Notes: generated by a model not told the origin, from the sequence alone. DNA of 124,000 nt from Hyalangium minutum (GCF_000737315.1 NZ_JMCB01000013.1:20001-144000); one strand, 5' to 3'; counted from the stretch's first letter, positions 69,089 through 79,774 are shown. Program-made: numbers and translations.

Positions 69089-70744
69089 ATGGAACTCAAC
69101 TACGACGTCAAGAAGATCGAGATCAAACGACGGATCGCCGAGTGGGCTCGGCGGCCAGACTCTGACTTCACGCGCTTTCAGATCACGCGTCAGCAGGCGA
69201 TTGATCTCACCTGGGAGACCAGTGGAAGGCTCGTGTTCCCGTGGGATCCGGAATACGACCCGCTGCGCGCGGTAGCATACGTGAACTTCGAGAACGTTCG
69301 CCCGGCGGCCATCGGCGTCTGCGAGACGATGCACGACGTGCGGGCCTTCATGCGCTTCATCCGCGCACAGCGTGAGGTGAATCCGTCCTTCCGCTGGGTG
69401 CCTCGCTCTGGCGGGCACAGCACGGCGGGCTACTGCACCGTCGAGGGCGGGCTCATGCTGGACGTGCGCGGCCTGAATGACGTCTTCGTCCAGCCGCAGC
69501 GCAAGCTCGTGCACGTCGGCCCGGGCGTGCAGATGCGGGACTTCTACCGCGCCACGTATCCGTATGGCCTGTTCGCTCCGGCCGCCATCTGCCCGGATGT
69601 CCGCGTCGGCGGCATGATGCAGGGCGGTGGGTTCGGCTTCGCCTCGCGCATGTTCGGGATGAACTGCGACGCGGTGAGCGAGGTAGAGCTGGTGCTGGCC
69701 GATGGCCGCCCGGTGATTGCCAACGAGCTGAACAACCGCGATCTCTTCTGGGCGGTGCGCGGCGGCACGGGCAACCAGTTCGGCATCCTGACGCGGGTGA
69801 GCTACCGGCTCTCGCAGCTCTCCGAGGTGGGCGCCGTCCTGCTGCAGTTCAACCTGGGCACGGACGCGGAGGCGGCCCAGGGCGCCGCGGCGCTGGATCT
69901 GCTGCAGCGCAAGTTCATGGGCTCCAACCACGACCGCCGCCTGGGCTACCTGTGCGTCATCCAGCACGGTCCCAACTGGGCGGGCCCTTACCTGCTCGTG
70001 CGCGTGATGTACCGCGGCGACACGAGCGTGTGGCGCCAGATGCTGGGCGAGCTCATCGCCATGCCCGGCTGCCAGATTCAATGGGAGGCCCGGGGCTCGT
70101 ACTACTCCATGAACAACAAGCTCATGGGCTACGCGCAGGAGCCGGACACGCTGGGCGATGAGCTCACCACGCTCGCGACGGTGCCTCCGCAGGAGAAGCA
70201 GACGCGCTACTACGAGCGGCCGCTGGGCGTAGCGGCGTGGCGCCAGATGGTGGACCACATCCGCAGCGCGGCGACGACGCTCGCGTTTGCTCCGCAGATG
70301 GTCATCGAGCCCGCGGGCGGCGCCATCAACGAGCGCAGCCGCGGCTTCAACGCGTACATCCACCGGCGCGCCGACTTCAACACGTACCTCAATACCTACT
70401 GGGACACGCCGGCGGAGAAGTCCAAGGCGTTTACCTTCATGGACCGGTGGCTGGAGATTGGCCGCCCGTTCAGCAACGGCGAGGCGTACCAGAACTACCC
70501 GAAGCCCTATTACACGAACTGGGCGCGGCGGTACTGGGCCGAGTACTACCCGGTGCTCTGCCTCATCAAGCGCAAGTACGACCCGACCAACGTCTTCAGC
70601 TTCGAGCAGAGCATCGGCGCGGATGGCCAGCTCGCCAGCAGCTCCATCGGCGATATCTCCGAGCTCGTCCCGGACATCGCCCGCGCCCTGCGCAAGCCCG
70701 TCGTCCTCCCGGAAGAGATGGAGGAGGAGGACAGCGTGGCCTGA
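69089..70744 (+). CDS. FAD-linked oxidase (berberine-bridge-enzyme-like)
   Basis: RSGGH flavinylation motif, AVRGGTGNQFG, YQNY...KRKYDP..F. Confidence 0.88.
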   Translation: MELNYDVKKIEIKRRIAEWARRPDSDFTRFQITRQQAIDLTWETSGRLVFPWDPEYDPLRAVAYVNFENVRPAAIGVCETMHDVRAFMRFIRAQREVNPSFRWVPRSGGHSTAGYCTVEGGLMLDVRGLNDVFVQPQRKLVHVGPGVQMRDFYRATYPYGLFAPAAICPDVRVGGMMQGGGFGFASRMFGMNCDAVSEVELVLADGRPVIANELNNRDLFWAVRGGTGNQFGILTRVSYRLSQLSEVGAVLLQFNLGTDAEAAQGAAALDLLQRKFMGSNHDRRLGYLCVIQHGPNWAGPYLLVRVMYRGDTSVWRQMLGELIAMPGCQIQWEARGSYYSMNNKLMGYAQEPDTLGDELTTLATVPPQEKQTRYYERPLGVAAWRQMVDHIRSAATTLAFAPQMVIEPAGGAINERSRGFNAYIHRRADFNTYLNTYWDTPAEKSKAFTFMDRWLEIGRPFSNGEAYQNYPKPYYTNWARRYWAEYYPVLCLIKRKYDPTNVFSFEQSIGADGQLASSSIGDISELVPDIARALRKPVVLPEEMEEEDSVA

Positions 70745-70774
70745 GGCCGCTCGAGGCCTGTTGCTTCGGACAAT

Positions 70775-70813
70775 AAAAAAGCCCGGTGGCGGCAGGGCCG
70801 CACCACCGGGCTT
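70775..70813 (-). terminator. Rho-independent terminator
   Basis: A6-GCCCGGTGG...CCACCGGGC. Confidence 0.8.
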
Positions 70814-70833
70814 CCCGCGCGAGCGGGGAGGAA

Positions 70834-72405
70834 TCAGCTGGCGCCGATCGCGCTCTCGATGGCCTCGGTGTTGGTCACCACCGTGCCCTTCTTGCGCAGC
70901 GCCTTGATGAAGGAGTCCTCCACCTCGATCTGCTTGGCGCGGCGAGCCTGCTCCCGCAGCTCCTCCTTCTTGGCCTGGAAGTCCGCGTCATTGGCCTTCT
71001 TGCGCTCGGTGACCTGGGCGATCACGAAGCCCTCGCCGGCGGGGTAGGCCTGGTCCAGCACCTGCGGCCCCTGCGCGGTGAACGTCGCCGTCAGCAGCGC
71101 GGGCGCGGGCCCCAGGAAGGGAACCGACTCGGCGCCCGCGGTGATGGTGCCCGTCTCCACCGCCTCCGGGCGTGCCTCCGTCTCGAAGCGCTGGAGCGCC
71201 GGCTGGCCTTCCTTCTCCGGTGGGAACAGCGCCGGGATCGTCTTGCCGCCCTTCACCGCGGCCAGCGCCTTCTCGGCCTCGGCCTTGGCCAGGTCCTTGG
71301 CCGCCTGCTGCTTGTAGAGCGTGGTGGCGATCTCGTTCTCCATGTCCGGCAGCTTCTTGTCCGAGGCGGCCTGCTTCTCCTCTACCTTCACCACGTGGTA
71401 GCCCAGCGTCGTCTCAATGGGCTCGGACACGCTGCCCGGGGCCAGGGCGAACATGGCGTCCGCCAGCGCCGGCTCCAGGCTGCCGCGCTCCACCCAGCCG
71501 AGGTCTCCACCCGTCGCCTTGGTGCCCGGGTCCTCGCTGCGCTCCTTGGCCACCGCGACGAAGTCCTTCTCGCCCGTGGTGACGTCCTGGCGGAGCGCGT
71601 TCGCGCGATCCTTCGCAGCCGCCTTCTGCTCGGCGGTGGCGCCCGGGGGCAGCTTCACCAGGATCTGCCGCACCTTCACGCGCTCGGGCTGCTTGTACAT
71701 GAAGCTGTTGTTCTCGTAGTACTCGGAGATCTCCTTCTGGTGCGCCTTCTTGAACTCGTCCACCTGCGCGGGCGTGGGGGCGGGCACCTTGTCGGCGTAC
71801 ATGGTGGGCAGGAAGCGCGCGAACACGAGCTTGGCCTGGTTGGCCTCCTTGTCGTAGCGCACGCGCACCTCGTCATCCGAGACGACGGCGCCATTGCGCA
71901 CCACCTCGAGCATCTTCTGGGCAGCGAGCTGGCGGCGCAGGTCGTCCTCGTACTGCGTCTCCGTCAGCCGGTAGTAGTCGCGCAGCGCGCGGCGGTACTG
72001 GTCGAAGTCGAACACGCCGTCCTTCTGGAAGTCCGTGTTGCGGTGGATGAGCTCCACCAGCTCGGCGTCCGCGGGGACGATGCCGTAGCGCTCGGCCGCC
72101 TGCGCCACCAGCTCCACGTCCACCAGGTTCTGCACCACCTGGGGGGCCACGTACTGGCGCGCCACGGACTCGGGGATGGGGGTGCCGCGGTTGCGCAGGT
72201 TGTTGATCTGGACGTTGTAGGAGCGCAGGAAGTCCCGCAGTGGGATCTCCTTGCCGTTGACGTTCGCCACGGTGTTGACGCTCGTCACCTGCGGGCCGCT
72301 GGACTTGCTGAAGCTGCCCGGCCCGAAGTTCAGGGTGAACACCACGGCGATGCCGATGATGAACACCAGCGAGACGATCTTCCGGAGGTTCAGTCCTTCT
72401 TCCAT
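70834..72405 (-). CDS. SurA/PpiD-like parvulin peptidyl-prolyl isomerase
   Basis: N-terminal TM, SurA-N domain, QIL...SED...GGDLGW...GYHVVKV. Confidence 0.9.
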   Translation of the reverse strand: MEEGLNLRKIVSLVFIIGIAVVFTLNFGPGSFSKSSGPQVTSVNTVANVNGKEIPLRDFLRSYNVQINNLRNRGTPIPESVARQYVAPQVVQNLVDVELVAQAAERYGIVPADAELVELIHRNTDFQKDGVFDFDQYRRALRDYYRLTETQYEDDLRRQLAAQKMLEVVRNGAVVSDDEVRVRYDKEANQAKLVFARFLPTMYADKVPAPTPAQVDEFKKAHQKEISEYYENNSFMYKQPERVKVRQILVKLPPGATAEQKAAAKDRANALRQDVTTGEKDFVAVAKERSEDPGTKATGGDLGWVERGSLEPALADAMFALAPGSVSEPIETTLGYHVVKVEEKQAASDKKLPDMENEIATTLYKQQAAKDLAKAEAEKALAAVKGGKTIPALFPPEKEGQPALQRFETEARPEAVETGTITAGAESVPFLGPAPALLTATFTAQGPQVLDQAYPAGEGFVIAQVTERKKANDADFQAKKEELREQARRAKQIEVEDSFIKALRKKGTVVTNTEAIESAIGAS

Positions 72406-72628
72406 GATGCTGTCGTTTCTTCCCGCGCGGCGCCGCCAAATCCCTTGTGGAAGGACTCGCGACGCAGGTTTGTTGGATGCCCGGCCGGTGAGTGAACGGT
72501 TCGCCTTCACCCCCCATGACAGGCCTTGACTGCCTAGGATAAGCCCTCTGAAAATGCAAGCGATTTACAGTGTTTAGCCGCTCCTCTCCCTTCCGGCCTC
72601 TCTTTCCCTACACGGGTACTTTCCCCCA

Positions 72629-73480
72629 GTGCTGTCGCTCTTCCGGCGGTATCGCCGTTTCATCATTGTCAGCGTGCTGCTGCTCTACCCGCTGGTCGCC
72701 TTCCTGGTGTCTGGGCGGCGGGGCCGCGACGCCAACTTCGTCGATCGCGCCGTCATCGCGATGACGGCTCCGCTCCAGTCGGGGCTCAACTGGATCATCG
72801 ACGGGGTGGTGGGCGCGATGAGCCACTACGTGGACTTGCGCGACGTGCGGCAGGAGAATGACGCGCTGCGGCTGGAGAACATGCAGCTGCGAGCAGCCGT
72901 GCAGGCGTTGGGCGAGGCTCGGGCCGAGAATGAGCGGCTCAAGCAACTGTTGGGGTACGCCGAAAAGGAAGCGGGGCCGGAGATTCCGGCGCGGGTGGTG
73001 GGGGTGAACCCGGTGGCCAAGCTGTTGTCGGTGCGGATCAGCAGCGGCGAGCGGCAGGGCGTGTACCGGGGCATGTCGGTGGTGACGCCGGATGGAATCG
73101 TCGGCCAGGTGATCCGGACGACGGGAGGTTACGCGGACGTGGCGTTGGTGACGGATCCCCAGAGCCGGGTGGGCGTGCGAGTGCAGCGCTCGCGGGCGCG
73201 TGGCACGGCGGCGGGCTCGGGCAGCGGGCCGCTCAAGCTGGAGAACATGCTGCGCACCGAGGATGTCGAGGACGGGGATCTGATCATCACCTCCGGTACG
73301 GACGGGGTGTACCCGCCAGGGCTGGTGGTGGGACGGGTGGCGAACCTGGCGAAGAAGGAGCACGGCATGTTCCAGGCGGCCGACATCCTCCCCGCGGTGG
73401 ACACGACGAAGCTCGAGGAAGTCTTCGTGGTGGGCAGCCCATACCAGGACGCGGCGCCGCTGGTGGAGGGGACGCGATGA
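72629..73480 (+). CDS. mreC: Rod shape-determining protein MreC
   Basis: TM, coiled coil, GIVGQV, GDLIITSG.DGVYPPG. Confidence 0.95.
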   Translation: MLSLFRRYRRFIIVSVLLLYPLVAFLVSGRRGRDANFVDRAVIAMTAPLQSGLNWIIDGVVGAMSHYVDLRDVRQENDALRLENMQLRAAVQALGEARAENERLKQLLGYAEKEAGPEIPARVVGVNPVAKLLSVRISSGERQGVYRGMSVVTPDGIVGQVIRTTGGYADVALVTDPQSRVGVRVQRSRARGTAAGSGSGPLKLENMLRTEDVEDGDLIITSGTDGVYPPGLVVGRVANLAKKEHGMFQAADILPAVDTTKLEEVFVVGSPYQDAAPLVEGTR

Positions 73481-73980
73481 AGTTCCTGGTGACGGTGGTG
73501 TTGGCCATGGTGCTGCTCACGCTCGAGTCCGTCATCGTGCAGCGGGCGGGGCTGGTGTTGTCGCGCATCGACGTGACGGTGGTGCTGCTGGCGTTCCTGG
73601 CGCTGCGGGCCTCGCTGCTGGAGGGCGCCTGCTCGGCCTTCGCGGTGGGCTACCTCTTGGACTTGATGAGCGGCCAGCCCACGGGGCTCTACACGTTCCT
73701 GGGCGTCTTCACCTTCCTGGTGTGCCGGTTGGTGTACTCGCTGGTGGACGTGCGCGGGCCGGTGGCCTTCGTGCTCTTCACCATGGGCGCGGACGTGGGC
73801 CATGGCTTGCTGGCGGCCTTCTTCGGGTGGCTGACGGTGAAGGATGGCTCGGCCACGGCGGTGCTGCCCGGCCTGCCGCTGCAGGTGGCGCTCACCGGCG
73901 CGGCGGCGCTGGCCCTCTATCCGCTGCTGCGCAAGCTCGAGGTGCGCCATGAGCGCACCCAGGCGGGAGGCTTGCTGTGA
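73477..73980 (+). CDS. mreD: Rod shape-determining protein MreD
   Basis: Polytopic membrane protein in the mreC-mrdA position. Confidence 0.8.
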   Translation: MKFLVTVVLAMVLLTLESVIVQRAGLVLSRIDVTVVLLAFLALRASLLEGACSAFAVGYLLDLMSGQPTGLYTFLGVFTFLVCRLVYSLVDVRGPVAFVLFTMGADVGHGLLAAFFGWLTVKDGSATAVLPGLPLQVALTGAAALALYPLLRKLEVRHERTQAGGLL

Positions 73981-76025
73981 CTCCTCCGGATCTTGGAAAG
74001 ACGACGCCTCCGGGGCGGGACCTCAAGAAGCGCTTTCTGTGGCTGGGCCTGGCCATGGTGGGCGGCATGGCAGTGCTGGCCCTCCAGCTCTACCGGCTGC
74101 AGATCATCCGGGGCGAGGAGTACGCCGCCAAGAGCGTGGCGAACTTCGTGAAGGAAGTTCGCCTGCGCGCGGACCGTGGCGTCATCAAGGATGCGCGCGG
74201 CACCATCCTGGTGGACAGCCGTCCGTCTTTCGACGCCTTCATCACCCCTGCGTTCTGCACCGACTGTTCCAAGGAAGTGCTTCCGAAGCTGGCCACGCTG
74301 CTGGGCTGGGACGAGGATCAGCGCAAGAAGGTGGACGACCAGGTGCGCATCTCCAAGCGCAACGCGCCGTTCCAGCCGCTGCCGGTGCGCATCGATCTCA
74401 CGCGCGACGAGCTGGACCGCATCAACGCGCGGCGCGACATCCTGGACGGTGTGGAAGTGGTGGCGGTGCCGCACCGCAACTACCGCACGGAGACGGTGCT
74501 GTCGCACGTGCTGGGCTACATGAACGAGATCAACCAGGACGAGCTGGAGCGGCTCAACGCCGACGGCGCGAAGTACGCCCTGGGGGACTACATCGGCCGG
74601 CGCGGCCTGGAGCGGTACTTCGAGCCGCAGCTGCGCGGCGTGGACGGCTTCCGCAAGGAAGTGGTGAATGCGCGCGGCCAGAAGATCGAGGAGCTGAACG
74701 ACAAGCTCGGCGAGAACTCGGTGACGCCGCCCCAGGCCGGCAGCAACCTGGTGCTGTCCATCGACATGCGGCTTCAGGAAGAAGCCGAGCGCATCTTCCC
74801 GGGCGTGGCGGGTGCGGTGGTCGCCATCGACGTGAACACCGGCTACATCAAGGCGCTGGTGTCCCGGCCGGGCTTCGATCCGAACCTGCTCACCGGCCGC
74901 GTCACTCCGGCTCAGATGGCGGAGATGGTGAGGGATCCGCTCCAGCCGATGATCAACCGCGTGGCCGCGGCACATTACAGCCCGGGGTCGACGTTCAAGG
75001 TCGTCACCCAGCTGGCGGCGTTCAAGTCGGGCAACTTCCGGCCAGACTCGGTGATCAATTGCCCGGGTGGCTACAAGCTGGGCGCGCGCACGTGGCGCTG
75101 CCACAAGGAGAGCGGCCACGGCCCGGTGAACGCCAAGCAGGCCATGGCGTACTCGTGCGACACCTGGTTCTTCAAGGTGGCGGACACCATCGGCCTGGAT
75201 CCGATCGCGGAGATGGGCCGGGCGCTCGGCCTGGGCAGCCCCACGGGCATCGGCGTGCTGGGCGAGGTCCCCGGAATCATGCCCACCACCGAGTACCATG
75301 ATCGGCTCTCGCCCGGCGGCTACACCAAGGGCATGGCGCTCAACAGCGCCATCGGCCAGGGCGACGACAACGTGACGCCGCTGCAGCTGGCCATGGTGTA
75401 CGCGGCCATTGCCAACGGCGGCACGCTGTACAAGCCGCAGCTCGTGCATCGCATCGAGGATCAGGACGGTCAGGTGGTCGATTCGTTCAATCCGCAGGTG
75501 GTGCGCACCGTGGACATCAACCCCGATCACCGCAAGGTCATCGTGGAAGGCCTGGTGGCCGTGGCCAACGAGGCGGGCGGTACCGCGTTCCGCGCGCGCC
75601 AGGCTTACAAGGAGCAGATGAAGAACATCGTCGTGGCCAGCAAGACGGGCACCGCCCAGGTGGTGGCCATTGGCGCGGTGCGCCTGAAGACGCACCAGAT
75701 GGAGTTCTTTACGCGCGATCATGCGTGGTTCGCCGGCTTCGCGCCCGCGGACAAGCCAGAGATCGCCGTGGTGGTGCTCAACGAGCACGGTGGCCACGGT
75801 GGCGTGGACGCGGCGCCCACCGGCATGGCCGTGTTCTCCAAGTACTTCGAGCTGAAGCAGCTGGATGCGAACTCGCCGCCTCAGCGCTCCAATCAGCCCT
75901 ACGTCCTGACGCTGCCTCCGACTCCGAAGCTGCAGGACGTTACTCTCACTCGCGGCACTCCAGCCGCGGGCACGCCCACGCGCGGCGCTCCGGCCGCAGG
76001 CCCTCCGAATGCAGCTCAGCATTGA
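73977..76025 (+). CDS. mrdA: Penicillin-binding protein 2
   Basis: STFK, SCD, KTG motifs. Confidence 0.95.
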   Translation: MTPPDLGKTTPPGRDLKKRFLWLGLAMVGGMAVLALQLYRLQIIRGEEYAAKSVANFVKEVRLRADRGVIKDARGTILVDSRPSFDAFITPAFCTDCSKEVLPKLATLLGWDEDQRKKVDDQVRISKRNAPFQPLPVRIDLTRDELDRINARRDILDGVEVVAVPHRNYRTETVLSHVLGYMNEINQDELERLNADGAKYALGDYIGRRGLERYFEPQLRGVDGFRKEVVNARGQKIEELNDKLGENSVTPPQAGSNLVLSIDMRLQEEAERIFPGVAGAVVAIDVNTGYIKALVSRPGFDPNLLTGRVTPAQMAEMVRDPLQPMINRVAAAHYSPGSTFKVVTQLAAFKSGNFRPDSVINCPGGYKLGARTWRCHKESGHGPVNAKQAMAYSCDTWFFKVADTIGLDPIAEMGRALGLGSPTGIGVLGEVPGIMPTTEYHDRLSPGGYTKGMALNSAIGQGDDNVTPLQLAMVYAAIANGGTLYKPQLVHRIEDQDGQVVDSFNPQVVRTVDINPDHRKVIVEGLVAVANEAGGTAFRARQAYKEQMKNIVVASKTGTAQVVAIGAVRLKTHQMEFFTRDHAWFAGFAPADKPEIAVVVLNEHGGHGGVDAAPTGMAVFSKYFELKQLDANSPPQRSNQPYVLTLPPTPKLQDVTLTRGTPAAGTPTRGAPAAGPPNAAQH

Positions 76026-77160
76026 ACGACGCATGGTGCCCCACGTCCCGTGGGCCCTCATCTTCTGCATCCTGGCCATCTGCGCCCTGGGTGTGTGGAA
76101 CCTGGCCTCGGCGGCTCGGCCTCCGCATGCCTCGGTGTGGACCAGCCAGGCCATCTACATGGCCGTGGGGTTGGGCGTCGCGTTGATGGTGTGCCTGGTG
76201 GACTACCGCTGGATCCAGCGGATGACTGTCCCCATCTACGTGCTCAACATCCTGGCGCTGATTGCCCTGCGCTTCCTGGGGCACAAGGCCAAGGGCGCCG
76301 AGAGCTGGTTCGTGCTGGGCCCGGTGCGCGTGCAGCCCGCCGAGTTCATGAAGATCGGCGTGATCCTCATGCTGGCCAAGGTCTACCACGACGACTTCAA
76401 GCCCAATCAAGAGGCCTATGGCCTGCTGCGGCTGTGGAAGCCGCTGGCGGTGGTGGCGGTACCCGCGGTGCTCGTGCTGGTGCAGCCGGACCTGGGCACG
76501 GCGATGATGATCTTGCTGTCCTCGGCCACGGTCATCCTCTTCGGCAAGGTGCGCTGGTACCTGGTGGCGGTGATTGTCGCGGGCATCCTGGCCGTGGGCG
76601 GCATCATCTGGAACGACTACGTGCGTGAGGCTCCCGAGCCGCGCTTCACCGTGCTCAAGCACCACCTCAAGAAGCACCAGAGCCAGCGCATCTCCGGGTG
76701 GCTGGATCCCGAGGCGGACCTGCGCGGCAGCGGCTACCACGCCGCCCAGTCGAAGATCGCCGTGGGCAGCGGCGGCATGTCCGGCAAGGGCTGGCGCGAG
76801 GGCACCCAGACGGGTCTGTCCTTCCTCCCCGAGCAGCACACGGACTTCATCTTCTCCGTGTGGGCCGAGGAGCACGGCTTCCTGTCGTGCCTGGTGCTCC
76901 TGGCCTTGTATGGAGGGCTCTTCTCTCTGTCATTGGCCGTGGGGTTCAACGCCCGAGACAGGTTCGGAGCCTTCGTGGCGGTAGGCATCACCGCGATGAT
77001 CTTCTGGCAGGTGTTCGAGAACATCGGCATGGTGATTGGACTGCTGCCGGTGACAGGCATCACCCTGCCGCTGATGAGCTACGGCGGCTCGTCGATCATG
77101 TCGATGATGCTCAGCATTGGCCTGCTGGTGAACATCAGCATGCGCCGCCACATGTTCTGA
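76009..77160 (+). CDS. rodA: Rod shape-determining protein RodA
   Basis: QPAEFMK, QPDLGT, PEQHTDFIF, SYGGS. Confidence 0.96.
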   Translation: MQLSIERRMVPHVPWALIFCILAICALGVWNLASAARPPHASVWTSQAIYMAVGLGVALMVCLVDYRWIQRMTVPIYVLNILALIALRFLGHKAKGAESWFVLGPVRVQPAEFMKIGVILMLAKVYHDDFKPNQEAYGLLRLWKPLAVVAVPAVLVLVQPDLGTAMMILLSSATVILFGKVRWYLVAVIVAGILAVGGIIWNDYVREAPEPRFTVLKHHLKKHQSQRISGWLDPEADLRGSGYHAAQSKIAVGSGGMSGKGWREGTQTGLSFLPEQHTDFIFSVWAEEHGFLSCLVLLALYGGLFSLSLAVGFNARDRFGAFVAVGITAMIFWQVFENIGMVIGLLPVTGITLPLMSYGGSSIMSMMLSIGLLVNISMRRHMF

Positions 77161-77173
77161 GCTGGGCTCGGGC

Positions 77174-78553
77174 TCAGAAGGCGCGGCCGGTGAGGATGGC
77201 GCTGGCCACGGTGAAGTAGATGATCACGCCGGTGACGTCCACCAGCGTGGCCACGAAGGGCGCCGAGGCCGCCGCAGGGTCCAGCCCCAGCCGCCGCAGC
77301 AGGAACGGCAGCATGGAGCCGCACAGCGTGCCGAACATCACCACGCCCACCACGCTGAAGCCCACCGCGATGCCCACCCACCCGAAGTGGGGGCCATAGA
77401 GCCCCTCGGCGCCGGGCCAGAGGATGATGCGCAGCGCCCCCAGCGCCCCGAGGAACAATCCGAGGGCAATGCCGCTGGTCACCTCGCGCAGGGCCACGCG
77501 CCACCAGTCGCTCAGCGCCACATCTCGCACCGCCAGCGCGCGGATGATGAGCGAGGTGGCTTGCGAGCCGGAGTTGCCGCCCGAGGAGATGATCAGCGGC
77601 ACGAAGCTGCTGAGGAAGACGGCCTGGGCGATGGCGTCCTGGTAGTGCGCCATGGCCGTGGCGGTGAACATCTGCCCGAAGAAGAGCACCGTCAGCCAGC
77701 CCACCCGCTTGCTCAACATCTCCGTGAAGCCGATGTCCAGGTAGGGCGCCTCGAGGGCCTCCATACCGCCCATGCGCTGGATGTCCTCGGTGGCCTCCTC
77801 CTCGGCCACGTCGAGCACGTCGTCGTGGGTGATGATGCCCAGCAGCACCCCCTGCGAGTCCGTCACCGGCAGCGCCACCCGGTCATACTTCTCGAAGAAG
77901 CCGATGATCTCCTCGCGGTCCGCCGTGGCGGGGATGCTCACCAGCTGCCGGTCATGAATGTCCGAGATGCGCGTGTCGGGCTTCGCCAGCACCAGCGCGG
78001 CCAGGCGCACGTCGTCCAGCAGTCGCCGCTTCTCGTCGACAATATAGAGGACGTTCAGCGTCTCGCGCCCCTGGCCGTGGGTGCGCACGAAGTCCAGCGC
78101 CTGGGCTGCGGTGAGGTTCTCCGGCAGCGTGAGGAACTCCGGCGTCATGTAGCGGCCGGCGCTGCGCTCCGGGTACCCCAGCAGCTCGCGGGCCACCTTC
78201 AGCTCCGCGGGCGACAGCGTCGTCAACGCCCGCCGCGTCACCTCCGCGGGCAGCTCCTCGAGCAGGCGCGTGCGGTCGTCCGGCGCCATCTCGTTGAGCA
78301 GGTTCTTCAGGTCCTCGTTGCCCAGCGTGCTCACCACCTCCGTCTGTTGGTGGGGAGGCAGGTACTCGAAGACCAGCGCGGCCGTGTCTCGCGGCAGCAG
78401 CCGGAAGAGGACGCCGCTGTCCTTGGCGGGCAGATCCTCGATGACCTCGGCCACATCCGCCGGGTCCATCTCCGTGAAGGCCTCGCGCAGCGAGTTCCAG
78501 TCACGAGCCAGGATCAGCTCGTCGAACTCCGGCTTGAGGAGGTTTCCCAGCAT
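77174..78553 (-). CDS. mgtE: Magnesium transporter MgtE
   Basis: CBS pair, SGGNSGSQ, AASAPFVATLVDV. Confidence 0.95.
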   Translation of the reverse strand: MLGNLLKPEFDELILARDWNSLREAFTEMDPADVAEVIEDLPAKDSGVLFRLLPRDTAALVFEYLPPHQQTEVVSTLGNEDLKNLLNEMAPDDRTRLLEELPAEVTRRALTTLSPAELKVARELLGYPERSAGRYMTPEFLTLPENLTAAQALDFVRTHGQGRETLNVLYIVDEKRRLLDDVRLAALVLAKPDTRISDIHDRQLVSIPATADREEIIGFFEKYDRVALPVTDSQGVLLGIITHDDVLDVAEEEATEDIQRMGGMEALEAPYLDIGFTEMLSKRVGWLTVLFFGQMFTATAMAHYQDAIAQAVFLSSFVPLIISSGGNSGSQATSLIIRALAVRDVALSDWWRVALREVTSGIALGLFLGALGALRIILWPGAEGLYGPHFGWVGIAVGFSVVGVVMFGTLCGSMLPFLLRRLGLDPAAASAPFVATLVDVTGVIIYFTVASAILTGRAF

Positions 78554-78639
78554 TACAATCTCCGCGCGCGGCGGCGCGGGCGCATGGTGTATGAATCGCG
78601 CCTGTTCCGATACGGGATTCTTTCAGGGGCGCGGAGGCG

Positions 78640-79434
78640 ATGATGCAAAGAAAGGGTGCCAAGAAGGGCTCAGCCTCGGAGGTGTCCACCTCGACTGCGT
78701 CTCCCCGTGAAGGAGCGCCCCCAGCCACTGCCTCGGAGAGGAAGCCCTCGGACGTCTCCCCAGCAGGCGAGGGAACACCGCCTCCCGCTCCGGCCCAGGG
78801 CCGCGAGCCGCGCCGCCCGGGCGTCAACGTTCCGAAGATGTCTACGCTTCAGCCGGACGCGCGCCGCTCGGGCTCACGTCCCGAGGAGCCCCGGCGCCCG
78901 GCGGGACGCCCTGCAACACCTCGGGTGGCCCCCATCATTGAAATGCAGTCGGGCAACGAGCCGGAGCACCGGCACTTCCCGCGTGCCCGGCTGGCCACGC
79001 GCTTCGAGCTCTGGAGGGAGGAGGGGGGACAGAAGACCTTCTCTGCGACGCTCCTCTCGCAGAACGTCAGCGTGAGCGGCGCCTTTCTAGAGAGCACCTT
79101 CTTCCTGCCCATGGGCACGGAGGTCCAGGTGCGCTTCTCGCTCGAGGAGGGCGCCGAGCCTGTACAGACCCGCGCCGAGATCGTCCGCGAGGAGCGGGCG
79201 GGCCCGGGAGGGCGCTCGGGTTTCGGCATCCGCTTCGTGGAGTTCACCGGGCAGACGGAAGTCTCGCTGGCCCGGCTCTTCCTCGGCATGCGGCTGCGAA
79301 CCTTTGCCGAAGAATACCTTCAGTCCCGCCGGGCCCGCTCGCTGCCCAATGAGCTGGAGCGGGTGGTGGACGTGCTCGCCGCGTGGGAGCTGCTCAAGGC
79401 CACCTCCCCGGGCGATCCCTGGCAAGGCCAGTAA
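78640..79434 (+). CDS. PilZ domain protein (TIGR02266-like) with c-di-GMP motifs
   Basis: RHFPR and NVSVSG motifs; start uncertain (Pro-rich N-terminus). Confidence 0.85.
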   Translation: MMQRKGAKKGSASEVSTSTASPREGAPPATASERKPSDVSPAGEGTPPPAPAQGREPRRPGVNVPKMSTLQPDARRSGSRPEEPRRPAGRPATPRVAPIIEMQSGNEPEHRHFPRARLATRFELWREEGGQKTFSATLLSQNVSVSGAFLESTFFLPMGTEVQVRFSLEEGAEPVQTRAEIVREERAGPGGRSGFGIRFVEFTGQTEVSLARLFLGMRLRTFAEEYLQSRRARSLPNELERVVDVLAAWELLKATSPGDPWQGQ

Positions 79435-79441
79435 CGCGCGC

Positions 79442-79774
79442 TCAGACCTTCTTGCCAGCGGCCAGCTGGCGGCGACGCTCGGCCTGGTAGTGCGCCGAGC
79501 ACAGGCCCTTGGAGCGGGACTCGCGCTCGCAGCCCGGCACGGTGCAGCGGCGCTCCGGCGCCACGGGCCCTGAGGCCAGCATCTTCGGCGGCCGGCCTCT
79601 TCTGCGCGTGGTCACCGCTGCCGGAGCCCCTGCGGTGCTGATGCCATTCTCATGAAGCGCGCGAATCACCCCGCGACCGATGGCGTCCCCGATCGCCTCG
79701 GCCCACGAAGCAAGTGCGGGAGGGAGGGCCGAGGGAGGCAGAGAGGGACCGGTAGGCTTCCGAGGACGTGGCAT
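79442..79774 (-). CDS. Small basic AT-hook/Zn-finger protein (VegA-like)
   Basis: RRRGRPPK AT-hook; CTVPGC...CSAH. Confidence 0.75.
   Translation of the reverse strand: MPRPRKPTGPSLPPSALPPALASWAEAIGDAIGRGVIRALHENGISTAGAPAAVTTRRRGRPPKMLASGPVAPERRCTVPGCERESRSKGLCSAHYQAERRRQLAAGKKV

Noticed and set aside
72551-72562. Identical 12-mer AAAATGCAAGCG also at 95741-95752
   Set aside because: Two copies of a 12-mer in 124 kb are expected by chance; the second is better explained as a -10 element.
72629-77160. mreCD-mrdA-rodA without mreB; pdhABC without lpd
   Set aside because: Unlinked mreB and lpd are, as recalled, normal in myxobacteria; not novel.
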